Translations under genes and position numbers: made by a program
In this document: positions 21,540-30,663 of the stretch, in pieces
Numbering within the stretch: the first letter of the stretch is position 1
How the letters are laid out: each line of letters opens with the position of its first letter
Assembly: GCA_963835065.1 (NCBI GenBank)
Contig: CAWIEK010000011.1
Span: 105,145-169,144, forward strand
Direction: 5' to 3'
DNA from: an uncultured Chthonomonadaceae bacterium
GTDB taxonomy: Bacteria; Armatimonadota; Chthonomonadetes; Chthonomonadales; Chthonomonadaceae
Length of the DNA: 64,000 nt
Notes under the pieces: generated by a model
What the model saw: the letters and a program-made list of their open reading frames with translations, nothing else
Told to the model about the DNA's origin: nothing
The model's database searches: none

Positions 21540-22223
21540 TTGACCGCCATTGCAAACCATATACAAACGAGCCGCCGCCTGAAAAAAAGCACGGCCTACC
21601 TCGCGGCGTTCGCCTGTACCGGGCTTGTCGGGTGGAGCGGCTATCAGAAGTTCCACAACCCGGAACATCCGCAGGGAACCCGCTATTCGCGGACGCAAAT
21701 CGCAAGCCGCGCCACAGAAATTGGGCTTGCGCTGAACGGTTCAATCCAAGTTCTGTGCGAACCCGTACTGCACCAGGAACAGCAATTTTCCGGCGAAACG
21801 AGGTTCGCTAACCGCAAGCTGTGGATCGTGCTGTGTGAAAGCGGTAATCGGCAGATGAATCTTACTTTCGATGATGCCACCGGGCGGCTGCTGTGCCTGA
21901 TTATGGATGCCAGGCCGATGAACGCGAAAGCATTGGACACGAAAGCGCAAATCGCGCAAAAACGGCGAATCGGGCTGCGCGTCACGTCGGAACGGGAAGC
22001 GGTTCAGATAGCGGCGGCGCGTCTGCGCGTCCTGCAAACGCTGCCCCCCACCGCGCAAATCGCCCTGAGCGACGAACCCCGCGAGGATTTAAAACAAAAC
22101 CTGTGGCGAATCTCGTGGCTGGCCCGCAACACGCCGACCTCCAAACCCTACGCCATTAAAATGGCGGTGGAGCGCACATCGGGTCTGCCAACCTATATGA
22201 TGAATCTGGAGAAGAAAGGGTAG
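21540..22223 (+). CDS. Hypothetical membrane-anchored or exported protein
   Basis: TTG start after AGGGAG within ORF 21360..22223; basic plus hydrophobic N-terminus. Confidence 0.6.
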   Translation: MTAIANHIQTSRRLKKSTAYLAAFACTGLVGWSGYQKFHNPEHPQGTRYSRTQIASRATEIGLALNGSIQVLCEPVLHQEQQFSGETRFANRKLWIVLCESGNRQMNLTFDDATGRLLCLIMDARPMNAKALDTKAQIAQKRRIGLRVTSEREAVQIAAARLRVLQTLPPTAQIALSDEPREDLKQNLWRISWLARNTPTSKPYAIKMAVERTSGLPTYMMNLEKKG

Positions 22224-22234
22224 GGGAGGATGGT

Positions 22235-22347
22235 AGGTATTCAGGTGTTCGGTGTTCAGGTGTTCAGGAGATACAAAAGTACCGAAGTCTACTGTAGCGT
22301 GACAAGGTTATCAGCCAAATTCCTGAACACCGAACACCTGAATACCT
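22235..22347. repeat. Palindromic element with GGTGTTC(A) 7/8-mer arms
   Basis: aggtattcaggtgttcggtgttcagg... inverted as ...cctgaacaccgaacacctgaatacct around a ~50-nt core. Confidence 0.85.
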
Positions 22348-22364
22348 GATTGTTGGGAAGGAAA

Positions 22365-22451
22365 CGGAGAGGGTGGGATTCGAACCCACGGAGACATTAC
22401 TGCCTCACGGCTTTTCGAGAGCCGCACCATCGACCACTCGGACACCTCTCC
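22365..22451 (-). tRNA. tRNA-Ser (CGA)
   Basis: GGAGAGG acceptor stem, anticodon loop CT-CGA-AA, long variable arm, GTTCGAATC. Confidence 0.95.
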
Positions 22452-22506
22452 GCAGAGGAACGCGCGAAAGACACAGCAACTTGACATTTAAGCCACGCCT
22501 GAAGTT

Positions 22507-23043
22507 TCAATCCACAACGGCGGCATGGGCGGGAACTTCAATCATACCGGCGTGGATTTCGCGGTGACACCGACAGCAAACCAGAAGGCACTTGTCTAAT
22601 TCGATCTTGATACGCTCAAAAGAACGGCTTTTCATGCCCGATATATGTAGTTCCTTCAAGTCCGATTCAAGATGATGAAACTCTAAAGCCTGCATACATC
22701 GATTGTAGCCACAAACCAGACAACTGCCGCCTTTATACTCTACGCACTGGCGTTTAATATTCTTCTGACGCTCATGCGTGAGTTTGTTGAAGCAGTTCTT
22801 GCACCAGGGTTGAAAAGTAAAACTTGTCGGCTTTTTATAGCAGTTCGCTTCCGTGAGTTCAGTGCTGCACCGGGTACAATGCGTCGTAATCGGTAACCGA
22901 CGCCCTGTGATCAAGTTTTTAGTGTTGTGACTGCCGAATGGTGAACATGCAAGACAATAATGACGGTTAGAGAGGTTACGCGGTTTGTTGTCAATTACAG
23001 CCCAACAAGCAAAATAGGCTTGGCATTTTTTACAGGTGGGCAA
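22507..23043 (-). CDS. Free-standing HNH endonuclease-like protein with zinc fingers
   Basis: Several CxxC pairs; YKGG.C..CGY..C..ALEFHH...E.DKC.LVC..CH.E.H; lower GC. Confidence 0.85.
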   Translation of the reverse strand: MPTCKKCQAYFACWAVIDNKPRNLSNRHYCLACSPFGSHNTKNLITGRRLPITTHCTRCSTELTEANCYKKPTSFTFQPWCKNCFNKLTHERQKNIKRQCVEYKGGSCLVCGYNRCMQALEFHHLESDLKELHISGMKSRSFERIKIELDKCLLVCCRCHREIHAGMIEVPAHAAVVD

Positions 23044-23088
23044 GGTCGGCTGCCTTAAGAATACACTTGCAATGTCTGAACAAGAAAA

Positions 23089-23161
23089 TGGGGTCGGGCG
23101 GAATCGAACCGTCGACACGCGCCTTAGGAGAGCGCTGCTCTATCCCCTGAGCTACGACCCC
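23089..23161 (-). tRNA. tRNA-Arg (CCT)
   Basis: GGGGTCG acceptor stem, anticodon loop CT-CCT-AA, GTTCGATTC. Confidence 0.95.
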
Positions 23162-23273
23162 GCAAAAACAGCAGTAAAATCACGTTTATTGGACATAAAT
23201 TCTTCTAAAACAAACGCCCTGCTGCCGGAGCAGAAACAGGGGCGTTTACAGAACCATTGGTTTTTGCAGAGAA

Positions 23274-23346
23274 TACGCCCGGAGGGACTTGAACCCCCGG
23301 CCTACAGGTCCGCAACCTGTCGCTCTATCCACTGAGCTACGGGCGC
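23274..23346 (-). tRNA. tRNA-Arg (GCG)
   Basis: GCGCCCG acceptor stem, anticodon arm ACAGG-TT-GCG-GA-CCTGT, GTTCAAGTC. Confidence 0.92.
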
Positions 23347-23385
23347 ATAGTGTTCAAACTACGAAACAGCAACTTAAACGCTTTT

Positions 23386-23414
23386 AGTATACGGGCAATC
23401 GCTTTGTTTGTCAA
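23386..23414 (-). promoter_or_regulatory. Sigma-70 promoter of the tRNA operon
   Basis: TTGACA-17 nt-TATACT on the minus strand. Confidence 0.8.
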
Positions 23415-23464
23415 GGCATTTGACAGGATTTCCTGTTCCCCGCCCGTACCGAACCCTGCAACAA

Positions 23465-24580
23465 TCAGGCCGGCGTTCCCGTGACCTCGCGCACGGCTTC
23501 TTTGGCCGCTTCCTTCACCGCTTCCTTGATGGCTTTGGTTTCCGGCGTTTCCGGCAGCGATTCCAGCAGAATGTCCTTGATGGCTTCCTTGACGGCTTCC
23601 TTGACTTGCAGGGGAGACAAAATTGTGGCTTCTGTCGGTGGCGTTGGCGGCAAGGTTTCGGCATCAGGCGGGGTTTCTTCCTCTATGATTTCCGCTTCCG
23701 TTAAAGGCACGTCCTGCCGGTTTTTAATGCGCCCCCAATCCGCCTCGAACGTGGACTGCACCTTCTGTATGATGTCTTTGTCGTCCAGCAAAACGCCCAC
23801 TTCGCGCCGCTGATCCAGTTCCAGCGTCCGCAAACTCTGGCTGCCCAAATACATCTGTTCGCCGTCGCGGACAATGGCCTGCGCGTGGAGGCGCATATCG
23901 AGCGGCGCAACCACAATGCCGGGCGCGTGTTTGCCCGCTTTGCCGATGACCCGTATTTCCACGCCGTCTTTCGCCTTTTGCGTCAGCAGGCGCATCATGT
24001 CGGGATCGGACAGCTTGCCGTCGTAAATCAGCAGTTGGCGCTTGGCGTTTTGAATGAATTGTGTTAGTTGCGCCCGCGAATTGCCGGGGCTGACCAGAAA
24101 CGTGTCGCAATTCGGCGAGTAGGTTTGGCGCGTGGCGTCCGCGAGGAACAGCTTTTCGGCTTCTTCGACCCATTCCGGCTTTTCTGTCGCAATGCCGAAG
24201 CTGCGGCTGCGCTCGATGTCAATGTAGGTATAATTGAAGCCGAGCATGAACAATTTGCGCCGGTCAATGATCATCAGCTTGTCGTGGTAGCGCACCAGAT
24301 CGGTGGCTGTGCGGGCGACGCTCACGCCATCTGAGAGCAGGCGCATTTCCAGATTGCGCAGCGTCCGTTCGCCGCCCTGTCCCGTGCTGGTATACGCGAC
24401 AAGGGCATGCACGAACACGCCACGCCGGGCTGCGCGGGATAAAGCGGCTTCGATTTCTCCCCGGTCAAACCGAAAAATAACGATTTGAATGGTTTCTTTG
24501 GCCTGATCAATACCGGCTAAGAGGGGCTTGATGCCTGTTCCCGGCTGCGTCAATAGTTCCACGTCGGCTTCCCTGCTCAC
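23465..24580 (-). CDS. Phospholipase D / cardiolipin synthase-like protein
   Basis: First HKD motif HDKLMIID; second degenerate (HAQAIVRD) with GSQS...RREVG. Confidence 0.85.
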   Translation of the reverse strand: MSREADVELLTQPGTGIKPLLAGIDQAKETIQIVIFRFDRGEIEAALSRAARRGVFVHALVAYTSTGQGGERTLRNLEMRLLSDGVSVARTATDLVRYHDKLMIIDRRKLFMLGFNYTYIDIERSRSFGIATEKPEWVEEAEKLFLADATRQTYSPNCDTFLVSPGNSRAQLTQFIQNAKRQLLIYDGKLSDPDMMRLLTQKAKDGVEIRVIGKAGKHAPGIVVAPLDMRLHAQAIVRDGEQMYLGSQSLRTLELDQRREVGVLLDDKDIIQKVQSTFEADWGRIKNRQDVPLTEAEIIEEETPPDAETLPPTPPTEATILSPLQVKEAVKEAIKDILLESLPETPETKAIKEAVKEAAKEAVREVTGTPA

Positions 24581-24664
24581 TTGGGTTTTCTCACGGATGG
24601 CTTGCGAAGGATGTTTACAGATTATACTAATAGGGGTATCAGAAGTTCAGCATACTCCAGGAGT

Positions 24665-24716
24665 GGGCTTGATGAATCAAGCCCCAAGAGCGGGCTTGAT
24701 TCATCAAGCCCCTACG
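24665..24716. repeat. GTAG-type REP doublet
   Basis: gggcttgatgaatcaagccc followed by gggcttgattcatcaagcccctac. Confidence 0.7.
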
Positions 24717-24746
24717 ATGTGAACTTTTTACGCGCTGTTTAGTATA

Positions 24747-25331
24747 CTACGCGCGGCGCAGGGGTTCTACACCCGGCTTTGCGGCTTTCGGCTTGATAAA
24801 CTGAACGATCAGCAGCAGCAGAGCAAACAGCGCGATGTAAATGCCGGTTGCCGTCCATGCCAGTTCAATGGAGTTCAGGCCACAGGCCATGCCCGCGAGA
24901 ATGGCGAACAGCAGGGACGCATTGATGCTTTTTTGGTCCAGCTTGACGCGGAAGCGAACGAGGGCGATGGCGGCGGCAATGGCAAAGGCGCGGGCCAGAT
25001 TGTCGTTGACAAGCAGCATCAGCCCGGTCAGCCCGACGCACAAAAACAGCAGGTTGGATGCGCCCAAAAACTGCTGCAAGGTTTCGTCCTTACTGCCGAT
25101 TTTGGCCTTCACTTTCGTAGGCGAACTGCCGCTCCCATCGTCGTCATCGTCGTCATCTGTGTCGGGCGTGAATTGCGCTTCATAGCCGCTCAGATACTTC
25201 ATTTCTACAAAGGTGGTAAGCACGAGAACGAAGCCGATCCCAACCGCGTTGAGCAAGAGCATCAGCATGTGCTGATAAGACATTTGGGTCAGGTTTGTGG
25301 CGGAATCCGAGAATTTTGCTAGTTTGTTCAT
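24747..25331 (-). CDS. DUF4956-like membrane protein
   Basis: NLARAFAI..A..LVRFR and GMACG motifs; several transmembrane helices; poly-Asp loop. Confidence 0.75.
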   Translation of the reverse strand: MNKLAKFSDSATNLTQMSYQHMLMLLLNAVGIGFVLVLTTFVEMKYLSGYEAQFTPDTDDDDDDDGSGSSPTKVKAKIGSKDETLQQFLGASNLLFLCVGLTGLMLLVNDNLARAFAIAAAIALVRFRVKLDQKSINASLLFAILAGMACGLNSIELAWTATGIYIALFALLLLIVQFIKPKAAKPGVEPLRRA

Positions 25332-25682
25332 AGATGGTCGCTCAGAATGGTTGTTTGGAAAATTGTGGTTAATGGCCGTTTTGGTATAGGAAGGTAACAG
25401 ACGGAAACAAGGCATAAAGGTTCGCGCAACAATTGCCTTGCCGCTTGCATAGTGGAAGGACGCAGCAGGAGGTAAGTATTGTTCCCATGTTACCGTTCCA
25501 GTGATTACGAGAAAATCGGGTATTGTGTTCTTGAAAACTGCCACGCCATGAAACACAGTTTTAACGCCGTAAAAGTACCGGCGAGGCAGCGACATCAAAT
25601 ACAAAGCGCTAAAATAAATGGAAAAGTTCGTTTGTGGCGCGACACTTTTTGAGTAGTCGGCGCGTCGTGACAGGGGAGGGGC

Positions 25683-26255
25683 ATGGTGGCAGAAGGGCGA
25701 GACGGAAGCGCGCTGCAACGCGAAACCGCGTATGAGCGGCGACTGATAGCTCGCTTACAGGCGGGGGAACCGGAAGCGCTGGGCATTTTGTTCGAGATGC
25801 ACGTAGAGCGCGTGTTCGCGTTTGCGCGGCATCTGCTCGGCAACCGCGAGGATGCCGAAGAAGTAACCTCGGAAGCGTTTCTGCGCGCTTTTGAACGCGC
25901 GGCTTCGTTTCGGGGCGAGTGTCCGTTTCGTGGCTGGCTGTTCGGCATCACGCGCAACCTGTGTTTAGACCGCCTGCGGCAGCCCCGGCTATTACTTCTG
26001 GAACCGGAAACAACGGAGCGAATCACGGATGAGGGGCGACAATCGGCGCAGATGGAAACGGGTGTGCTGGTGCGCCGCGTCCTGTCGGAACTGGAACCGG
26101 AGTACCAACTCGTGCTAAGGCTGTGCGACGTGGAAGAATGGGACGCGAAGGACGTGGCGCTGGCAATGGAAAAAACACTGGCGGCCACCAAATCCCTGCT
26201 GTACCGCGCCCGCCGCGCTCTGCGGACGCGCTTAACGGAGTTGTGGGGGGAGTGA
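25683..26255 (+). CDS. ECF sigma-70 factor
   Basis: DAEEV.SEAFLRAF, FRGWLF.I.RNLC.D; region 4 KSLLYRARRALR. Confidence 0.93.
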   Translation: MVAEGRDGSALQRETAYERRLIARLQAGEPEALGILFEMHVERVFAFARHLLGNREDAEEVTSEAFLRAFERAASFRGECPFRGWLFGITRNLCLDRLRQPRLLLLEPETTERITDEGRQSAQMETGVLVRRVLSELEPEYQLVLRLCDVEEWDAKDVALAMEKTLAATKSLLYRARRALRTRLTELWGE

Positions 26256-26370
26256 GGCATGTAGGCATTAGGCATTAGGCATCAGGAACACGCTGTTCTC
26301 TGTACCTTTACCAGTGCTTTGGTTGCCGCTCCAGCATCTACTAATGCCTAATGCCTAATGCCTAATGCCT
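26255..26370. repeat. Palindromic element with (AGGCATT)n arms
   Basis: aggcattaggcatt... / ...ctaatgcctaatgcct around a ~55-nt core, between the sigma and anti-sigma genes. Confidence 0.85.
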
Positions 26371-26385
26371 TCTCAGGAGGTAGCG

Positions 26386-26694
26386 ATGCGCTGCGACGAA
26401 CTGCGAGATTTGCTGGATTTGCACATGGACGGAGATCTGCCGACGGAAACGGCGCGTAAGATGGAGCGGCATCTGCTGCGCTGTCAGACGTGCGCCGCCG
26501 ACCTGCATACGCTTCAGCAGTCGCGGGCGATGCTGCGCGAAGCGGAACCGGTTTCGGTAACCACATCCTCGTTCCGGGAACGGACGCTGGCGCGGCTGCT
26601 CGACAACTTTGCGCCCCATGCGCGGAAGAATGTTGTCAATGGCAGGCAATGGACGCTGCCGTTTCGGGACGAAGCCGACAAGCCGCAATCTTGA
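26386..26694 (+). CDS. zf-HC2 anti-sigma factor
   Basis: AGGAGG RBS; MRC...LDL.MDG.L...HLLRCQTC. Confidence 0.88.
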   Translation: MRCDELRDLLDLHMDGDLPTETARKMERHLLRCQTCAADLHTLQQSRAMLREAEPVSVTTSSFRERTLARLLDNFAPHARKNVVNGRQWTLPFRDEADKPQS

Positions 26695-26898
26695 ACAATA
26701 GGGCACGGCGGTTATAAGGCGGGCGTTACGGCGTTTGACTTTCGCGCCGACTTGCTGGTACAGTAGCTTGCCTGAATTACAGGCCATTCGTGAGGGTGGG
26801 TTCTCCGATACGAAGAGAATAGGGGACGATGTTGTCCTTGCATAGCGCTTGCGTCACCATATTCAATCATGCGGTGACGCTTTGACGAGACTGAAAGG

Positions 26899-27792
26899 AT
26901 GGCATCTGTGAACCGATTTATTTCCCGCCGTCAGGGTTTTACCCTGATCGAACTGCTCGTGGTCATCGCCATTATTGCGATTCTGGCCGCGATTTTATTC
27001 CCCGTGTTTGCGCAGGCGCGCGCCAAAGCGCGGCAGACGTCGTGTTTGTCCAACACCAAGCAGATGGGCACCGCCGTTCAAATGTACGTTCAGGATTACG
27101 ACGAGCAGCTTCCGGGCTATCGCTTCAACGGCCCGTCTGGTTCCAACCTCAATCCGTATGCCAGTGATGCCCGCGTCGGCTCGTCGGCCAAAGACGTGAT
27201 TTTTATCAACCAACTGCTGAACGCCTACATCAAGAACGATGATGTGTGGAAATGCCCGTCCGGGATCAACCAGTGGGTCAACATTGACAACAAGACCGGC
27301 GCGACGGGAGCCTTTCAAAGCTACGGCGGCGAGAACTCCTACGCGATGAGCAATTATCTGTTCCGTTCCAACTCCGGCCTGAGCATTGCCGCTATTTCCG
27401 CTTCTGCCAGCACCGTCGGCATGGTGGACGCGACCTATTACAACACGCTGCCGCACGGTCCCAGGCAGGCTGCCGGTCCCTGCCGACTGAAAGGTGAAAC
27501 GTATGGTACGCCCGCCTCACCCGTAGACCCGACAGCCAACACGTACCCGTACTACTGGAAGAACATGGGTAACAGTCTGTACAACTTCACGACGGGCAGC
27601 AACAACCCGGATGATTCGACCAACGCGCAGGTGCTTTCCGACGGCAAAGCGCGTCACAGCGGGCAGCTCAACGTGATGTTTATGGACGGACACAGCAAGT
27701 CCTATCCGTATGACCGCCTCGTGTTCGATCCCGATTTGGTTGTGGGCGGCACGTCCAGCGTCTGGGACCCCTACAAACTTGGCTGCCAGTAA
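26899..27792 (+). CDS. Prepilin-type N-terminal methylation / DUF1559 / H-X9-DG protein
   Basis: [50 protein letters not shown]. Confidence 0.95.
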   Translation: MASVNRFISRRQGFTLIELLVVIAIIAILAAILFPVFAQARAKARQTSCLSNTKQMGTAVQMYVQDYDEQLPGYRFNGPSGSNLNPYASDARVGSSAKDVIFINQLLNAYIKNDDVWKCPSGINQWVNIDNKTGATGAFQSYGGENSYAMSNYLFRSNSGLSIAAISASASTVGMVDATYYNTLPHGPRQAAGPCRLKGETYGTPASPVDPTANTYPYYWKNMGNSLYNFTTGSNNPDDSTNAQVLSDGKARHSGQLNVMFMDGHSKSYPYDRLVFDPDLVVGGTSSVWDPYKLGCQ

Positions 27793-27877
27793 ACATCAGC
27801 GTGAATTGACTTGAAAAGTAGTCTCTACGAACATTCGTGGAGACTACTTTTTACTGAGGCTGCAATTCTCCTGAATG

Positions 27878-28075
27878 CAATGCCGTTCCAAATAAGACGA
27901 TTCTCACCTCAAAAAGAACGTTGTAGGGGCACAACATGTTGTGCCCTCTTCCTGCGGTGTTGTGCCCTCTTCCTTTACTATAGGGGCGGGCACGGTTTAG
28001 AAACGGGGGCACAACATATTAAGAGCGCGGGCACAACATGTTGTGCCCCTACGAACTCTTATTTGAACGGTATTG
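27878..28075. repeat. GTAG-type REP/MITE-like element
   Basis: Repeated gggcacaacatgttgtgccc palindromes; inverted ends caatgccgttccaaataaga / tcttatttgaacggtattg. Confidence 0.75.
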
Positions 28076-28110
28076 CTCCTGAATTATTCAGATAGAAGTC
28101 CATGAAGTTT

Positions 28111-29466
28111 TTACGTTGTGACGGTATCCGGTTTGTGTTCCTTTTCGGGGGTGGCAATGGGCGTCAGGCGAACGCGGCGGATACGGCGTCCGGCTAATTC
28201 CGCCACTTCCGCCTGCCAGTCGCCAAGCCGGGTTGTGTCGCCAATTTTGGGGTTGCCGGGGAGGGAAGCAAGGACGTAGCCGCCGATAGTTTCGATGTCG
28301 GGTACTTCGACGCCGATGTTGTAATCCCGCACCAGACGCGCCAGCGTCACTTTGTAATCCACGAGATACGAGCCGTCCGGCAGAGGATGGATTTCGGGCA
28401 GGCTGGGTGTGAATTCCTGCTGAATTTCGCCTACCAGTTCCTCCAAAACATCCTCCAGCGTGACCACGCCAGCCGTTACGCCGTACTCGTCCTGCACAAT
28501 CGCCATTTCCATGCGCCCGGCGCGAAAATCATCCAGCATGGCATCCAGCGATTTGATTTCCGGCACGAACATCACCGGGCCGCACAATCCTTCCAGCCGC
28601 GCCGCCGGTTGATCAGGCTTCCATTGATCGGTTTCCCACGCCAGCGCCAGCAGATCGCGCACATGGACGCGCCCGATGACGTTTTCCAGATCGCCCCGGC
28701 AGACGGGGAAACGCGCGTAACTTGTCTGCTGTACGATGTCCAGAATTTGCTTCATGGGCTGTTCCAGCGTCAAAAACACCACTTCCGGGCGCGGCGTCAT
28801 TACGTCGCGCACTTTGCCCCGGCCAAAGTGAAACGCGCGGTCTGCAATCTCTTCGGCCACTTCAGGGATCGCCCGCGCTTCCTGCGAGTCGGACAACACG
28901 CGGCGCAGTTCGTCTTCGGAAAACGCCGCTTCATTTTCGCCCATAGGCTCCACGCCAAGCGGCTTGAGCAGCATTGTGCCCGATGAGGTTATCAGGCGCA
29001 CGAGCGGATAAAAGGCGCGGTAAAATAGTTCAAAGGGAACGGCGGTCAGGAGTGCGATTCGATCCGGCTTGCCGATAGCCACCCATTTCGGCCCCAATTC
29101 CCCGAAGATAATATGCAGGTAGGTGATAAGCGTAAACGCGACGGCAACGCCGATGATGTTGGCGGCAACCGTGCTTGTCACCGGCTCCAGATGGGCATGA
29201 AACCAGGGTTCGATGGCGTGGGCAATCGCCGGCTCACCGACAGAACCCAATCCCAAACTGGCAAGCGTGACGCCAAGCTGCGAAGCCGTCAGGTACGCTT
29301 CGAGGTCGCCTTTGATGCGCTGCACAATCAGCGCCGAGCGGACGCCCTGCTCCACCAGTTCCTCAATGCGCGTCCGGCGCACCGTGACAACCGAGTATTC
29401 GGCGGCCACGAAAAAGGCGTTGAGCAATACCAGCGCGATGGCCGCTGCAATTCCCCAGGATGACAT
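28111..29466 (-). CDS. CNNM/CBS/CorC-HlyC ('hemolysin family') Mg/Co transporter
   Basis: NAFFVAAEY, QLGVTLASL.LG, GELGPK, VMTPR, DEYG...G.VTLED.LEELVGEI. Confidence 0.95.
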   Translation of the reverse strand: MSSWGIAAAIALVLLNAFFVAAEYSVVTVRRTRIEELVEQGVRSALIVQRIKGDLEAYLTASQLGVTLASLGLGSVGEPAIAHAIEPWFHAHLEPVTSTVAANIIGVAVAFTLITYLHIIFGELGPKWVAIGKPDRIALLTAVPFELFYRAFYPLVRLITSSGTMLLKPLGVEPMGENEAAFSEDELRRVLSDSQEARAIPEVAEEIADRAFHFGRGKVRDVMTPRPEVVFLTLEQPMKQILDIVQQTSYARFPVCRGDLENVIGRVHVRDLLALAWETDQWKPDQPAARLEGLCGPVMFVPEIKSLDAMLDDFRAGRMEMAIVQDEYGVTAGVVTLEDVLEELVGEIQQEFTPSLPEIHPLPDGSYLVDYKVTLARLVRDYNIGVEVPDIETIGGYVLASLPGNPKIGDTTRLGDWQAEVAELAGRRIRRVRLTPIATPEKEHKPDTVTT

Positions 29467-29477
29467 GAAAACTCCAA

Positions 29478-29582
29478 GTAGGGTTTTAGGGTTGTAAGGT
29501 TTTAGGTTGTTAGGGGAGATGCTGTGTTGATAACGGCCATCATTTTATATACACCTAGAACCCTAAAACCTTACAACCCTAC
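29478..29582. repeat. Palindromic element with AGGGTTTT-like 8-mer arms
   Basis: gtagggttttagggttgtaaggttttagg / cctagaaccctaaaaccttacaaccctac. Confidence 0.75.
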
Positions 29583-29589
29583 CAAATGA

Positions 29590-30451
29590 TTATTCTTGTT
29601 GATCGGCGCGTAACAGCTGTTCGGGCGGCGTTTGCTGATGCTCGGCGGCGCTCGTCGAAGCGCGGAGCAGCACGTCGGGTGCGGATGTGCGCGCGTCGGC
29701 AGGCCGCAAATAGGTCGCGCCCCGCCGGTGTTCTTCCGATTTCTCGAACAGAAAGCGGAAGGCAGTTGTTCGCGGCTTCCCGTATCGCATTGTCGGACGA
29801 CCACTTTGCCAATTTTTGTACGGCAGGCAACGCCTCCTTATCGCCAATCTGCTCCAAAGCTTTCAGGATGGCAAGAATTAACTCTTTGTCATAGTTCCAA
29901 CTGTTGAAACGCGCGCGGGAAAGGATTCTGTACAGGCAGGCGCGTTGTTCTTTACTGAGCAAATGCGCGTCGGAAGCCTTCAGTTTCGGCAGCGAACGGC
30001 GCAAAGCGGAAGCAACCGATGGCTGAGGCGCTGACTTTTCGGCGTCCAGTAACTGCGCTAAAGGCCCAATGAGGCGAACATCATCAATCTGCTCCATAAG
30101 AGAACGCGCTTTTGCTTCCTGTCGCACTGCGAACATACGAAACAACGGAAACAGGAACGAGACAAGCAAAATAGTTGCAACGTGAAATGCGGTGGAACCA
30201 ATCAGGCCGAAGGTAACGACCATCAACCCCACAAAGCAGAGCAGCAATCCACTGACAACATGGGCCAGCCCTCGCGCGGCTGCCTGACGGTGGTGTTGGT
30301 GAATAATGGCTTTCGTCCGCGCGAGATTTTGCTCCGAACTCTCAGAAGACTGCATATCCGTCTCCTCAACTTCTATATCCTGCGTCTGCGGCGGCGTGGA
30401 TTGCCACGTATTTACTTCTTCTAGTTCTTCCTGTTGGGTTTGCTGCATCAT
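29590..30451 (-). CDS. Two-TM HEAT-repeat protein with an LLRA-repeat tail; frameshift near 29760
   Basis: D.R.IGPL, AILKALEQIGD..ALP.V.KLA; the alternative frame continues ATYLRPA..LLRAS..PEQLLRA to a stop at 29590. Confidence 0.75.
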
Positions 30452-30663
30452 CTTAATTATTTCTCAGATTACCGGATTTTTAGTGAAAATGTGCAAATCG
30501 CCTGCACTTTGGGCAAGGAAGCAGGGAAAACCGCTTCTTGTGGTGAAAAGCACCGCTTGAATATAGATTACGCACTCTTGTTGATTCTTCCTGCCGGTTG
30601 GGTTGAGAAGATTGAGACGGGCGCGTTTGACGAATTAAGAATACGAGGAGGTAGGACCCCATC

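Noticed and set aside
22365..23346. Prophage or integrative element at the tRNA genes
   Set aside because: No integrase, no duplicated tRNA 3' end (att site) and no phage genes in the window.
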